A DNA stretch of 64,000 nucleotides from assembly GCA_964658305.1 (NCBI GenBank), contig OZ210885.1, forward strand, positions 19,034,001 to 19,098,000. The letters run 5' to 3'. This stretch comes from Leptogorgia sarmentosa (lineage: Eukaryota). This document shows, piece after piece, positions 11,813-24,068 of the stretch (the first letter of the stretch is position 1; each line of letters opens with the position of its first letter). The translations under genes were made by a program, and so were the position numbers. Below the pieces are notes generated by a model. It was not told where the DNA came from. It saw only the letters and a program-made list of their open reading frames with translations, and searched no databases.

Positions 11813-14616
11813 ATGGCGGCGAAAGACGAAGAAAACGTGTTGTAAGTAATACGATTTTTTATCGTTAACCTCTGTGTTTGTTTTTGTCATTCCATGGTGA
11901 AAAATGCTGTATGTTGTAATTTAGATGTAATAATGTAATATATTGTAAATTATCAAAGCATCCTGACAAAAAAATATGCTTTATTATTTTAAAAATATTT
12001 TTAAATTTTAATGAAATATTAGTTTTAAATATTGTGACTGTAAATTTGCAAAAACACAACGCAAGAATAAGACAACACACATACAAACAAGAGATAATCG
12101 AGACAACTTTCATTGCAGTGAATACTGCAATTTTAAACAACAATGTAATTAGATTATTACATTGTTTGTATGAATACAAAATAATAAAGTGAAAAGCATA
12201 TTTGAAACATTTCTAATAGATTCAAAAAAAAGCTGTCTCAGTGATATTTGTCTTTGGAAACGTTTGCCCCCAAAGAAAACAGGAGCAACACTATGGCGTG
12301 ACATTGACAATCTACCTTACATACCATGTTCTCTCTATTAAGCCCCTGGGGGTTCTTCTTTTCTATTCTTCTCAGGCCCTTTTGAGGGGGATTATTGATA
12401 GGGGAGGCTTGATAGAGAGAATACCATATGTATTATGTAAATTGATTTATTATTATTATTAATAATTTTATTATTAAGCTATTAAATACAATTGTTTTAG
12501 TTTTTGTGGGCTTTGTTGTGCTAAATTGAGACAAGGAATACGATATTGTTGGAAGTGCAAAAGTGACCAAACTCAAATTGGCCCACCTGGCCTGATTTCG
12601 GCGCCTTCAACTAGCCATAGTGGTGGCACTCATCAGAAAGAAAATAAAGCAGATAAGTCAGAAGCAGGTCAGACATCCTTTGGTAGGCCTACAAGTGTTC
12701 CTCATGGAAAAGTTCTAACTTTTGAGCAGTTCCTAAAGAAGAAAACCAGCAAAGAGAATGCTACAAGCTTATGACCAACTAAAAAGGCAAAGTCTGACCC
12801 AAATGAAGTGGTAATGGTGTACATCGGGATAAACAGGTTCAAGGATGGCTGTCTGAAGACGGTTAAAGGAAAAAGACTTCCTATTCGAGTTCCAAAGTCT
12901 GCTACATGTAGATTGATTTTGCAAAAAGCAATTGAGAAAATGACAGCTTTTGACAGGACCTTTGATGCTAATGAAAATTACGATCTGCTATATGAAGATG
13001 GAAGCTGTGCACTTTTTATGCCTGGAACGAAAGATTTCTTTGAATTGGAAAAGTACAGGTTTGAACTGGGTAGGGACTATGAGCGAATTACATTCTATCT
13101 GTGCACCCAGTCTGATATTGATCTGAATGAGGGAATAATGGACTCCGATGAATTTGATGAAGAAATAGACTCTTCTATGCCATCATTTGAAGATACTGGA
13201 GAGACAGTGTCACCCAGTGATCTGGGTACAGACGAGAAGCTACAAGAAATGTGTACAAGTCAAGATGAACAGATAGCGAGGCAGCTACAGCAAGAATTCG
13301 ATGAAGAGACTGAAATGAAATCGAATGAAGAGACTTCAAGTTCACTTAAAAGGAACGATTCAGAATGTAGTGTACATGCCACAAGTAATTTGATAAAAGA
13401 TAAGGAAGATGTTATCCATGCTCTCTCTTCACAAGTGGAAAGAGATCATCAGTTTTTCATAGTTACTCGAAGAAAAGCTCCACTTTCAAGAATTTTTTCT
13501 CTTTGGCAGCGCCAGTCTAAAAGAAAATCGCCAACCTGCAGAGTTATGGTAAAGTATAGTGGCGAAGCAGGAATCGATTCAGGAGCAATCGCGAAAGAGT
13601 TTCTTGAAGACACAATTGAAGATATAGCAACAACTTTATTTAACGACGGTGTCCCTGTTAACTCCACCCATCATGTGCAAAATGGGGATTTTCGTACCTC
13701 TGGTGAGATTGCTGCTGCGTCGCTAGCGCAAGGTGGACCACCATCATGCTTTTTAGATGAATGTGCTTATAACAGCATTTTCACAGAAACGGATTTAACA
13801 AAGGTGGATGAAAAAGACCTGGCTGAAAAAGAAAAGGTAACACTTGATAATATTAAACTCGACTGCACAAAGCATTCTGATTTTATAATAGAGCATGGCT
13901 ACACGGGAATTGTCGACCAGAAGCATATCCAGGATATTACAAATTCATTGAAGGTCAGATTTGTTAGCGACCGAATGCTTTACATGCAAGAGTTCAAGAA
14001 AGGATTGGATGTCTATGGTCTTGGGAATTTGATTGAGAAGAATCCTGATGCGTGTCGTCCTCTTTTTGTCAAGGATTTCAAGAAGGATTTAGTTCCAGAT
14101 GCTGATTATCTTTTCTCCCTTATGGAACCAATTTTCTCAGAAGAAGGATCTACGAAGCGTGTGATTGAAGAGTCTATAATGGATTATATTCAAGATGTTT
14201 TGATTGGCTTAGAGGACACATCAATGTCAGGGTACTCAGCTGCAGTAGCTTGGAACTGCGATGAATCTCGAAATGCTGTATTGACATCTGAAAGTGCTGA
14301 GGCACTGTCTGAAATGGCAGATATGTCTGAAACGGCAGATATGTTTGAAACGGCAGATATGTCAGTCGGGGGTGTCATGGGATGGCTCACTGGTCAAAGG
14401 CACAAGCATGTAACGACAAAAGAAAGGCCCACCATAACAATAAATTTTGATCATGACTGCCCACTCAGAAATCCAAACCACAAAGTATGCTTTCCTTTGG
14501 TAGGGGCATGTGGCCGGGAATTAACAATACCTGTTGTACACATGGACAAGGCGGAGAAGTTTAAAGAACTCTTTGTGTTAGCTTACTGCAAGGGACAGGC
14601 TTTTGCCAAACCATAA
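11813..14616 (+). pseudogene. IS3EU accessory gene: zinc ribbon - ubiquitin-like fold (inferred) - acidic - UIM-like - HECT-like (G2E3-type) E3 ligase; one in-frame stop
   Basis: Exon 11813-11841 (MAAKDEENV, GTAAGT donor) splices in phase to 12501, giving FFCGLC...YCWKC. TGA at 12772-12774 is in frame with ORF 12808-14616. HECT-like motifs GEAGIDSGAIAKEF, LAQGGPP, WLTG and FPLVGACGRELTIP; DEQIARQLQQEF is UIM-like. Confidence 0.75.
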
Positions 14617-14934
14617 CTTTTAGACTCTTGGGTTTTACAAGTTGAGTTTGATATTAATGTTGGTTCTTTAATCAACCTTGAATAACACTAAAGAATGTTA
14701 AATTAAAGCATGGGTGTAACACTGACTGTGGTATATTTTGGACTCAAATTGGTTATAGTAATCTCTTCTATAAAACAGCTGTAGGTAACTTTGAAAAACA
14801 TTTTGTCCATGGCTTATTATTTATGGTCTATGGTAGTGGTTGTTAATATTTCACATTGTTGGTATTAAAAAGTTGTATTCATAATGTTTTCAGTCAAATT
14901 CTTTTTAAACACCCCTCCAAGCAATGTCAATGTG

Positions 14935-16112
14935 TTATACTACAATTTCGCCATCATTTGCACAGTTGATAAATACGTGGTACAGCTCTAGTGCATCCCT
15001 CCAATGCAAAGGCTTTTCTAGCAATCTACTTTCCAAAACGTAAGTAAAATATCTTTGGAAGTCATTTTGCTCAGTATGGTCACTGATTATATGCTCTCTG
15101 GCATATAATTTCTCTTCCTCGGGAACAGACAGATGCAAATTGGATTGGCCATCATGAAGTTCAGGGAGGTAGTATAAAGAATCTGGCCTCCCTTGCAAAG
15201 TATAGTATCGTGACTTCCGAATATAATGGGAATTCCAATTTTCTTTTACTTCATCTAAGTTCTCTTGTAATAGTGCTGCAAAACAAAACCAGAGACACTC
15301 TGTATGGAGAGGGATTGTGAGATCTACGGTTCCTTCATCAACAAGATCTTTAAAAAGATTCATCCACCATGATGTTTGGTCTTTACGTAGGAATGACCAC
15401 CAGCCTTCAATCCTCTGGTTAGAAGGGGAAGATACATACCTGTGGCTGTTTGTATCATTTCGAAAAAATGTATGGATGGCAGCGGCAAGGCCATTTTCTG
15501 TGCCAAGATCAGTAATGAAATCAATAGGGCAGCCATACTGTTCCACAGCCTCCAAATAGTACATCCCTATGTTATTAGGTTGATTGTTGGATCGTGTCAC
15601 GTACAACCAAAGAATCTTTCGGCTCCACCCATCTATGCACCCATGGATGGCGAACCCATACGGTTTTACTTTGTCGTATCCATCACAGTGCCATGAAAAA
15701 TTGGGGCCAGGATTTCGATAAACTCGTCTTTTCAATCTGTGCCTTGATCTTTCTTGTACGCCTTCCGGATCTAGCTCTCGCAGTAATTCCGCAACAACAA
15801 CTCTTGGTACGGTTATTCCGTTCATTTGTAAAGTATGCCATATCGCGCGATAGCCTCTACAACATCCAGGGCCATCCAGTAAAGATCTTACTGCATCACA
15901 AACAGCGTCAAGGTCATAATCGATGTTTTTTCGTTGAAGACCGTACTTTTTAATTCGACGTTTTAATGTACTCAAGCTCATCTCTTTATCATGAAATTTC
16001 TGAAGGAAGTTGAGAATCTCTTCATAACGATATCCTCGGTGAAAATAGAAACGTATGATCTCTTCCTCATCTGCCAGCTCATTTCTTTCAACATTATTTT
16101 CATACTCGCCAT
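14935..16112 (-). CDS. IS3EU DDE transposase (integrase-core type, N-terminal HTH); start ATG offset by an apparent 1-bp deletion
   Basis: WHCDGYDKVKPYGFAIHGCIDGWSRK, TDLGTEN, NQRIEGWW. The frame is open upstream of 15981 (IIRFYFHRGYRYEEILNFL) almost to AAAATGGCG at 16112. Confidence 0.85.
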
Positions 16113-16185
16113 TTTGGATGTTAGTAGAATATTAAGAGGTCTGGTAACTAGAATCACAGAAAATTCACTTCCGCCGTCTCAATTG

Positions 16186-16453
16186 TTGCCATGAATTTTT
16201 AGTTGCCGTGAGATTTTTAATGTTGCCGTGAGATTTTTAATGTTGCCGTGAGATTTTTAAAGTTGCCGTGAGATTTTTAAAGTTCCCCTGAGATTTTTAA
16301 TGTTGCCGTGAATTTTTAAAGTTGCCGTGAGATTTTTAAAGTTGCCGTGAGATTTTTAATGTTGCCGTGAATTTTCAATGTTGCCGTGAGATTTTTAATT
16401 GCTGCCGTGAATTTTTAAAGTTGCCGTGAACGATAAATGCAAATGTTGCCGTG
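16186..16453 (-). repeat. About 20-bp tandem repeat in the right IS3EU TIR (more copies than the left)
   Basis: GTTGCCGTGAGATTTTTAA(T/A) units, the reverse complement of the left array. Confidence 0.9.
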
Positions 16454-16521
16454 GAATATAAATGTTGTGCCCCGTATGTTTCAAACTGTTGCCGTGACAC
16501 CTGTGGGCCACCGTACTTTTT

Positions 16522-16929
16522 TAATTCACGATAATGTTCGTCATTAACAACATCGATGACATTGTCCGAGTGATTGTTTTCTGATGGATCTGGGGAATTA
16601 TCCGCTGCTATTTGCTCCTCAATATCTCTGCAAAGCTCGTTGTTAAGGCCATGTATCACTTGACAACTGCACTGATGCATTTTAAGGCCACGCGCCCTTT
16701 GCATATTTTGCCACCAGAACATTTAACGACTGTTCAACTGGACACAGGGACATTAGCAGATTGCATGACGGGTACTTGTCTTGTATGAGGTTAATCTTCC
16801 TCTGTCTGGTTCATTCGTTGTTTACAACGCCATGAATGACGACCAAGCGTGATGAAGTCTTGACCACAAAAAGTACAGACGACACAAATTAAAAGCATCG
16901 CAATAAAACTTGAGCAAATCATGACGTTA
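16522..16929 (-). mobile_element. 5' part of the same RLE LINE (zinc-finger region)
   Basis: VCTFCGQDFITLGRHSWRCK and KGARGLKMHQCSC-type motifs; contiguous with 11506 once IS3EU and one TSD copy are removed. Confidence 0.72.
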
Positions 16930-19900
16930 TAGTACAGGTAAATTTTGACATTTTTGGAACTTTTTAGGCAGAAATTCTCGTTGTGATTTTCTGAAAGACC
17001 AATCCCTAGAGTGTATGATTTGTGATGGTTTTCATTCTGGGGAGGTGGCATGCGCCTGGAACAGGGGGGTAAAGTCGTGGGTATGAAAAGTTAGATTTAA
17101 TCAAAAGAATCAATAAACACTCGTCAGACTGTATTTAAAAGTTATAAATTGTTAAGTGAGTTTCGAAAGACCTCACAAAAGATAAAAAACATAAAATTGA
17201 ATTTCTCTGCGCCCGTTCCATGGAGATGTGGCCTTTCAGGGGGGTGACAACCCTTATTTTAGAGGGGGGTCAACAAGTAAATGATGTTTCCTTTGTTTCC
17301 TCTTGGCATAGTTGATGTTTTCCATTAAACTAAAATTAGTACAAGTTGTTTCAATACTATCAACAATTTTGCATGCAAAATGCACGCTGCATTAGATCTA
17401 AATCATTGCGTTTTGCAAATCAGTGAGTTTAGCTTTATTGTAAGTGTTCAGTTTCTTCAAATCTACTAACAGATTTACTAATTGCTGTGCACTACAAAAT
17501 TCTGATTCTGTATGATATCCAGACATAGGAGAGGGAAACATCAAAATATGCCTGTCCATAATTTACAGTTTAGAATAAGTATCTTTTCAAAAACAAATCT
17601 GTCAAAGTTTAGAGAGTATCTCGAGCAGCAAGGAACTGGTTAATGATTTCTACCATTTGTACTTTCTGATCAAGCTGGTAGACGCGGAATAACGATATGA
17701 CGAAATAGTCTAGGCGCTCCTGAAACATTAAATATCGTCATCACTGTGTCCACTTTCTTCGTCTGTTCCAACTTCATATTCTTCATCACTCTCCGTACTG
17801 TTTAAAAGTAACATTTTCAGGTCTGTTGGAAAAACTTCGTCATGCCAATGAATTTCGAACTCTCCAGTCCAACCATTTTGACTTGGAGGTGGATACGTGA
17901 TATTTGCCATGGCAGAGCTTTTCCACATGCAAGCCACATAATTACAGCGATTTAAGTGAAGAATTAGTGAAGATCGACACGGTGGTAATAACGATAGATC
18001 AATGACTTTATTCTCCTTCACATACTTTTTCTGAAATAATTCGTAATGGGCGTCGTTTACTCGAATCTTCTTACTCCCGTATAGTTTGCAAACAAACTTT
18101 TCAAATGAATCGATCGAGTTTTCCGAAAGTGTCCAACCGTTTCCCATTTCTTGGAATGCAGTAACAAATTCCTGTTTGCCTTTCATAATCCTCCAGCACT
18201 TGTTTTTCTCTTTGCCAAAAAAGGCTGAGGTATAATCGTTTCCAGTTATGGCGTGGAAACCAATAAGTGCTTTGCGCTCGTCAGGTGGGACTTGATAATC
18301 ACTCAGGCAAACAGATTTTCTATTCTTACCAACGCCATAGTCGTAATATACTCTTTCTGGATTTTGGATTAAAGCAATACATAGCACAAGTATGTCTGTG
18401 TCAGCTGATGGTGATCTCAAGTGAACTTTTGAGTCGTGCTTATCTAGTGCATCAAGAGTATGTAAAATTACTTTTGTGTCAGCTTCCTCCTGATTGCTTG
18501 ATAAATTATCCAAACGATTCACTGCTGATGAAGTAACTTCATGACACGCACCGTCTCTTGATAGAAAAATTTTATTCGCTCTCAGAATTTGCAAGCAACG
18601 GTTTTTTTCCTTGATGATGAAGTCAAAAATAATGTCGATTAGGCGGCATTTGTTCTCGCTATTCATCATGAAGGCTGTGAAGTTTCGGGGGATCTTTGAT
18701 TTCTCCGACTTGATAGTAACCTTGGACGCCATTCCTCTTTTGTTCCTTTCAGCTGTTTTGATACTAGCCCTGCGATAAGTGTCAGCAACCAGATCAACCC
18801 GCGAGTAACCTTTAGGAATTGACTGAAGAAGATTGATAGCTAACTCCTCGTAGGTATTAGGAACAGCCTTGGTAATAATTCTGACCTGAGCAATGAAATC
18901 TATTATAAATACATCAGCATCAACAACCTCTGTCTGGGCCTCAGGATCATCTTGAAATGATGAAATCACCTCCACAAACTTGCTTTTTTGTGTCACTCGA
19001 CGAGATCCATCCGGATTCGAAAGGGATAGTGGTGTGGTTGAGAGCGGGTAGGAAAGAGCCACTTCAAAATCTATAGTTTTTTTTCGTGTTTGGCTGAAAT
19101 TGCCAACAATTTCCCAAGGATGTTTCTATTTGCATCGATAACCGCTGATTTACCACTGTTAGCCACCTTTGTCGATTTCGTCATATCCTTGAACGTAGTA
19201 ATTTTCGTTTTCTGGATAGGATTGTGGAAAGGTTTTAGATTACCACTTATGCTTTCCTGTGTGAATTTCTCGAATTTCGATTGACCAATATCCCAACAGT
19301 TTAGTACATCAGTACAATACAAGGGGACGCCAGAACTCAAATTGAACAGTTCGTTTCTCTCAATAACAATGTCAAACGGGTTGATGTACTCTTCTGTCAA
19401 TACTCTTAAGATTTCACAAACAGCATTATTAGACTGCAAAATCTTTGATGGTCGGAAGCTGCTGTGACTATTTGTCGTTGTAGATGTTCCAGCATTCTTT
19501 GACTGCTCCGCTCGATTTAGGCACCATTTACGAACTGCGTTGTTATTTGACGCAAAATTTCGTATGCCACCTATTAAATGATAAATTGGAACTGTTAATA
19601 TGTATTTCAAACACATTACGAGTCTAGGAACGCAATCCTGTTGAAAGATACCCCTACGGGATATTGAGGTTCCTGTGGCCTTTATAACTTTATGCTAAGA
19701 ACTCATGCATCTAAGGGTATGTTGAGTACTTACCACTGGTTTTTGCATCATGATTGATCGTCTGCTCGCCCCTTTGATCTACCGATGTCCGCAAAGGATA
19801 CAAGTCTTGTGCTTGGACTGATAATCCCTTTTTGTCAATGAGATCTCTCAAACCAGGGTACAAGTGTTCCATGTTTACCAGCGTATATACATAGTAGGAA

Positions 19901-22900
19901 CCATATCGTGCGTAATTTATCTTGTTCAGCGCAAAATACATGGGTAATATTTTCAACCACGCATTAATAATCATATCAACGTTATTCTCTTGAACTCCAA
20001 CATGCGCCATATATTGAGCTTGCATTAGATCTAGATAAATTATCCAGAATTGTGCTGTTTTCCCCGCACTCCCCTCGCGAACACTTGATCTGTGTCTCTC
20101 ATATTCCACAGTGAAAGCAATTGATGCATCATTCTCCAAGGATTGTATTTTTACTGTGTCCAGGTCATTCAACTCGTAGAAACTATCTGGAATCGTTGCT
20201 GATTTCTCGTACATGAAACGTTGAAGTAGCAACCGTTCTAATGCCTCAGAAAAGGCATTGTGAACAGTCCACCCACGGTTGTATTGAGAACCCGCCAATA
20301 CTCCTTGCAAGCTGCCAGACGTGCAAACACCAGACTGGAAAATGATGTCTTCAAATCCAGAGCCAGCAACTAGTGATCCCATCACCTAAAATGCGAAACT
20401 CGTACTGTATTTTCAAATAAAGTAAACTAATTAAATTGTACTCTTTAAATACTAACTGAAATAATACGTTACTTTAAAGTTTTCCTTCATGAAATGGAAC
20501 ATGCCAAGGTGAAGACACACATTGTTGTATTGTTCTGTGTGAGTCCATATGTATTTATACGCACTCATTGCTGCACCAACATCAAGCGTTATGTTCAGAT
20601 ACGGCATATTGGCTTCTTTTGTCAAACCCATCAAAAATTCGAGATATTGGTTGATCGTCTTGATGTCCGTCACCTTAAAAGTAATAGGAGTTAATAAGAG
20701 TCAATAGTTACTGGAAACAGGTCCAATTTCTTCCAACGTTCTTAAGTACTTGCATGATACTTGACACATCATATTTGATCTTGGTTAAACAATTTAAAAT
20801 GTAATTATCAAACTTTTTATAAACATACTTGGCGTAGCATACTTAAGCATACTTAACATGTAGGAAATGCTGAGATGAGGCAAGGTTATGCTTACCTTTG
20901 AATTGATTGGTGGCAGATAGGTTTCCACTGTTTTCGTTACAAGTGGATCTGTTGTCTTACGAGCATTCGTCATAAAACTGCTGAATATTGGAATGACTTG
21001 ATCAGAACTGCTGTCCCTCCGGGCGATTATCCAAGCGAAATAAAACGTCATGAACTTTCTGTCATCAAAAACAAATTGCTCTGGGACGATTTCCATGCTG
21101 CATGTTGGTGGTTGGATTTGATTGTCAACCTTCTTCGGTATAGGGGCTAGATCTTCACTGCTTATTTTACGTGAGGCTTTTCTTGGCACATGTACATGAA
21201 CATTGCGATCCTCCAATGTTCGCCCTTCTTGAAATGCCATATTGCTTGTCGGTAGCAAGATCAAAATTATCAACCCAGAAATGAGTGAGAACAATCTCGC
21301 CAGCATTTAAGGGGTGCAACGGAAGAAGTGAAGTAAGTCTCGACTTTTCTAAACAGCTCTCGGCGTTAGCAGTCAAGATCTCACTTGCCATTGTGTAACT
21401 AACGCTATGTCCAAATTTATTTAATATTTCAACGACATTCCTTTGACCGGTCAAGTTATGAATTCCTAGACCAATCAGAAAGTGCTTTTCCATGATGGTT
21501 TTACCTTTGGTAACTCCATGAACAAGGTCTTGGCTGAAAGAATCTGCCAAACGTGAAGCATTGATGTTGTTACAACTAAGAATGGATTCATAGAACTTTC
21601 TGACGGATTCAGGAGGTTTTCTTTCCTCAGTGGAAAGCTGCTCGATCGTTGGTGGCCATACGATTTCTTCGATTTCTTGAAGATTCTCAGCATGTGTTGT
21701 TATATCTTCTCTCAGATAGGAGGCAGCTGCCTGAATTGTGTCCTGACGATGGTGTAAACTGTCCTTGTTGATATCCTTACTGGCAATATATTCTGGCCCT
21801 GAGCAGTTTTGTGGTGATAAGATCACCGCTCCTTAAACTTCGCGTTGATTCGTTGTTTTAGTAGGTTTGCATATCGCTTTTTATCCACTTGCAACCCATA
21901 CAATGAATGAATTTCGTTAAGAGGGACAACTCTACCTCTTTCGATTACCTCTGTGGCAATAAACTCACTAACAGCATCAAAATCTCCCGTCTCATATGTT
22001 CCTTTCTTGTCGTAAGCGATTTCACCCCTTGTTAAGTCCCTATAGCAATGACTGTGGTATCAAGTCTTTGTGCTCGATTCTTCCATAAAGATCAGGATGT
22101 GTGTCTCTAGCGATACTTTTAATAGAATTTTCTGCCATTCGTGTAACGATTGTTACTGGTAGAACTTTCTTTCCCCCATGCTGCACACGATTTTTGCCAC
22201 AAAATTGGCATTCTTCTCCATAAACAATCGTTGAAGATGTTTCGGTACTTAGTCTTGCTGAAGACCGAATTTTGCTGCTGCTAGTTTGAGCTTCCTCAGT
22301 GAAAGGTTTAAACTTCTTGTTTCCAAGTATTGTAGTAAATCTAAAAAGATGGCGGTGCATGTAATATGTAAAAAGGATTTGTGCTATTAAGAAACAGAAA
22401 CGGTAAAAGTTAAGCTATATGCATTTTGCCCGAGCGCCGTTCCGGGCGTAAGCCCGGGTCGAGGGTTACTAATTGTATATTTGTTGTATAACAGTCTTAT
22501 TAAAATTTTGAACCATTTTGCTATTGATTGCATGTATAAAATTCTCACAATATATTATAAACATGAAAATACATCACTGAATGCTAAATAAAACTAGAAC
22601 TCTCTACCGTCGCTTGCAACTGACGATGAACAGTTGCAGAAATAATATTTTGTATTCGCATGAGAATGGTTGTCAACAGCACTAGCTTTATCGTGACAGG
22701 GCGAGGAATTGTTGCATGCATGTATTTCTAGTTGGTAAAATAAATATACATGTATATAAAGCTTTCAATACCGTTTATAACAGGGCTCTAAATGGACGCC
22801 ATGTTTCCCACTTTCGAAGCTTTCCGGTATTGTCAAGCATTGATCTGCATGCGAATGAGATCCTCCCACTTCTGTTCTTTTTCTCTTCGCTTGAATGATT

Positions 22901-23849
22901 CTGTCTTTATTGACATCGGACAATTCTTTAATACTGCTGTACGCGGTTTGGTCTGCATAATGGACCACGCATACAAGATCGGTTTCTTTCTTTCTTTTTC
23001 TACTAGTGCTCATTTTCTAAGCACAATAAAGAACTTTTTAAACAAAATTGCCTTTGGTTTCCAACAAGTTAATAATGTTAAGTGAGTTATCTACAGGAAT
23101 ACATTGCCAAAAATAATCGAATTCACACGCTACCCCACTGTATTATATCATGCTGTGTGTATTTCTATACCGTATTATTGCATAGCCGCCATGTTGAATT
23201 TTTATATTAATTTTTACCACCAAAAAATGTTTTTAAAAGCTTTAAAAAATTCAGTTTGTCTCAGGAATATACATAGTTTGAAAATTGGACATTGTTCTTA
23301 AATAGATTTCACTATTTACACGTTAAAAGTAAAAAAAAATGGTAAATACTTACGCTAGAAATTCTCGGCTTCTCACAAAAACACATAAGTCACTGATCTA
23401 TAAATATTTCTGGAGCAAGTACTGTATTCTTTTCGGAGCCACACGTGCGAGTAAAGTAGAATTAAAATTGTTAAAAACATTGAAACAACTTGTACTAATT
23501 TTAGTTTAATGGAAAACATCAACTATGCCAAGGGGAACAAAGGAAACATCGTTTACTTGTTGACCCCCCTCTAAAATAAGGGTTGTCACCCCCCTGAAAG
23601 GCCACATCTCCATGGAACGGGCGCAGAGAAATTCAATTTTATGTTTTTTATCTTTTGTGAGGTCTTTCGAGTGTTTATTGATTCTTTTGATTAAATCTAA
23701 CTTTTCATACCCACGACTTTACCCCCCTGTTCCAGGCGCATGCCACCTCCCCAGAATGAAAACCATCACAAATCATACACTCTAGGGATTGGTCTTTCAG
23801 AAAATCACAACGAGAATTTCTGCCTAAAAAGTTCCAAAAATGTCAAAAT
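16930..23849 (-). mobile_element. Academ (AcademX-type) DNA transposon #1 with about 430-bp TIRs; outermost ~12 bp of the right TIR missing
   Basis: TAGTACAGGTAAATTTTGACATTTTTGG at 16930. 16941-17370 is the reverse complement of 23464-23849; the right copy lacks a ~42-bp block. Confidence 0.85.
17728..23013 (-). pseudogene. Intron-containing Academ transposase plus XPG/FEN1-like nuclease, frameshifted, acidic C-terminus
   Basis: FWVDNFD, TLDVGAA, HLGMFH, NYARYG, DQRGEQTIN; nuclease motifs IDFIA, QEEADTKVILH, DTDI, TGNDY, LPPC. GT-AG introns, e.g. 22771-22341. Confidence 0.85.
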
Positions 23850-24068
23850 TGTTGGAGAGTTGACAGATAAGTAATGCAATTAAGTCAATTACGTAAGTAA
23901 CAGATGATGAATAAGAATGTATGCGAGACAGCGTGAGAGAGGGATTACTGAAGAGAGCGAGTACAGAAGGGAGTGATTTGAGAGAGCTGCGATTTTGTGT
24001 TGAATAAAATTATATAAAAAACTATTGTGAGTGATTCTTAGCATTGGCGAAAAGCAATTCCCAATACA
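23850..24068 (+). repeat. Probable 5' LTR (TG...CA, 219 bp) followed by a PBS-like TGGCACCTCCGACGGGA
   Basis: Starts TGTTGG exactly where the Academ TIR breaks off, contains AATAAA and TATAAAA, ends CAATACA before GTGG. No second copy in the window. Confidence 0.6.

Larger units (their letters stand above)
11507..16515. mobile_element. IS3EU-type DNA transposon (5.0 kb, 6-bp TSD CTTTTT, TACGG...CCGTA termini)
   Basis: CTTTTT(11501-11506)|TACGGTGGCCCACAGGTGTCA ... TGACACCTGTGGGCCACCGTA|CTTTTT(16516-16521). Long TIRs 11507-11790 and 16135-16515, two convergent genes, and LINE sequence on both flanks. Confidence 0.88.

Noticed and set aside
12808..14616. Host G2E3 ubiquitin ligase gene
   Set aside because: Lies within TIRs and a TSD next to a transposase, and lacks the N-terminal PHD/RING region of host G2E3.
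14935..15981. Bacterial IS3/IS481 or contamination
   Set aside because: The partner gene has a spliceosomal intron and the element is inserted in a eukaryotic LINE.
17728..19062. Host FEN1/XPG or tesmin-like genes (also 55662-56471 and 60369-61354)
   Set aside because: These are C-terminal domains of Academ proteins inside TIR-bounded elements.
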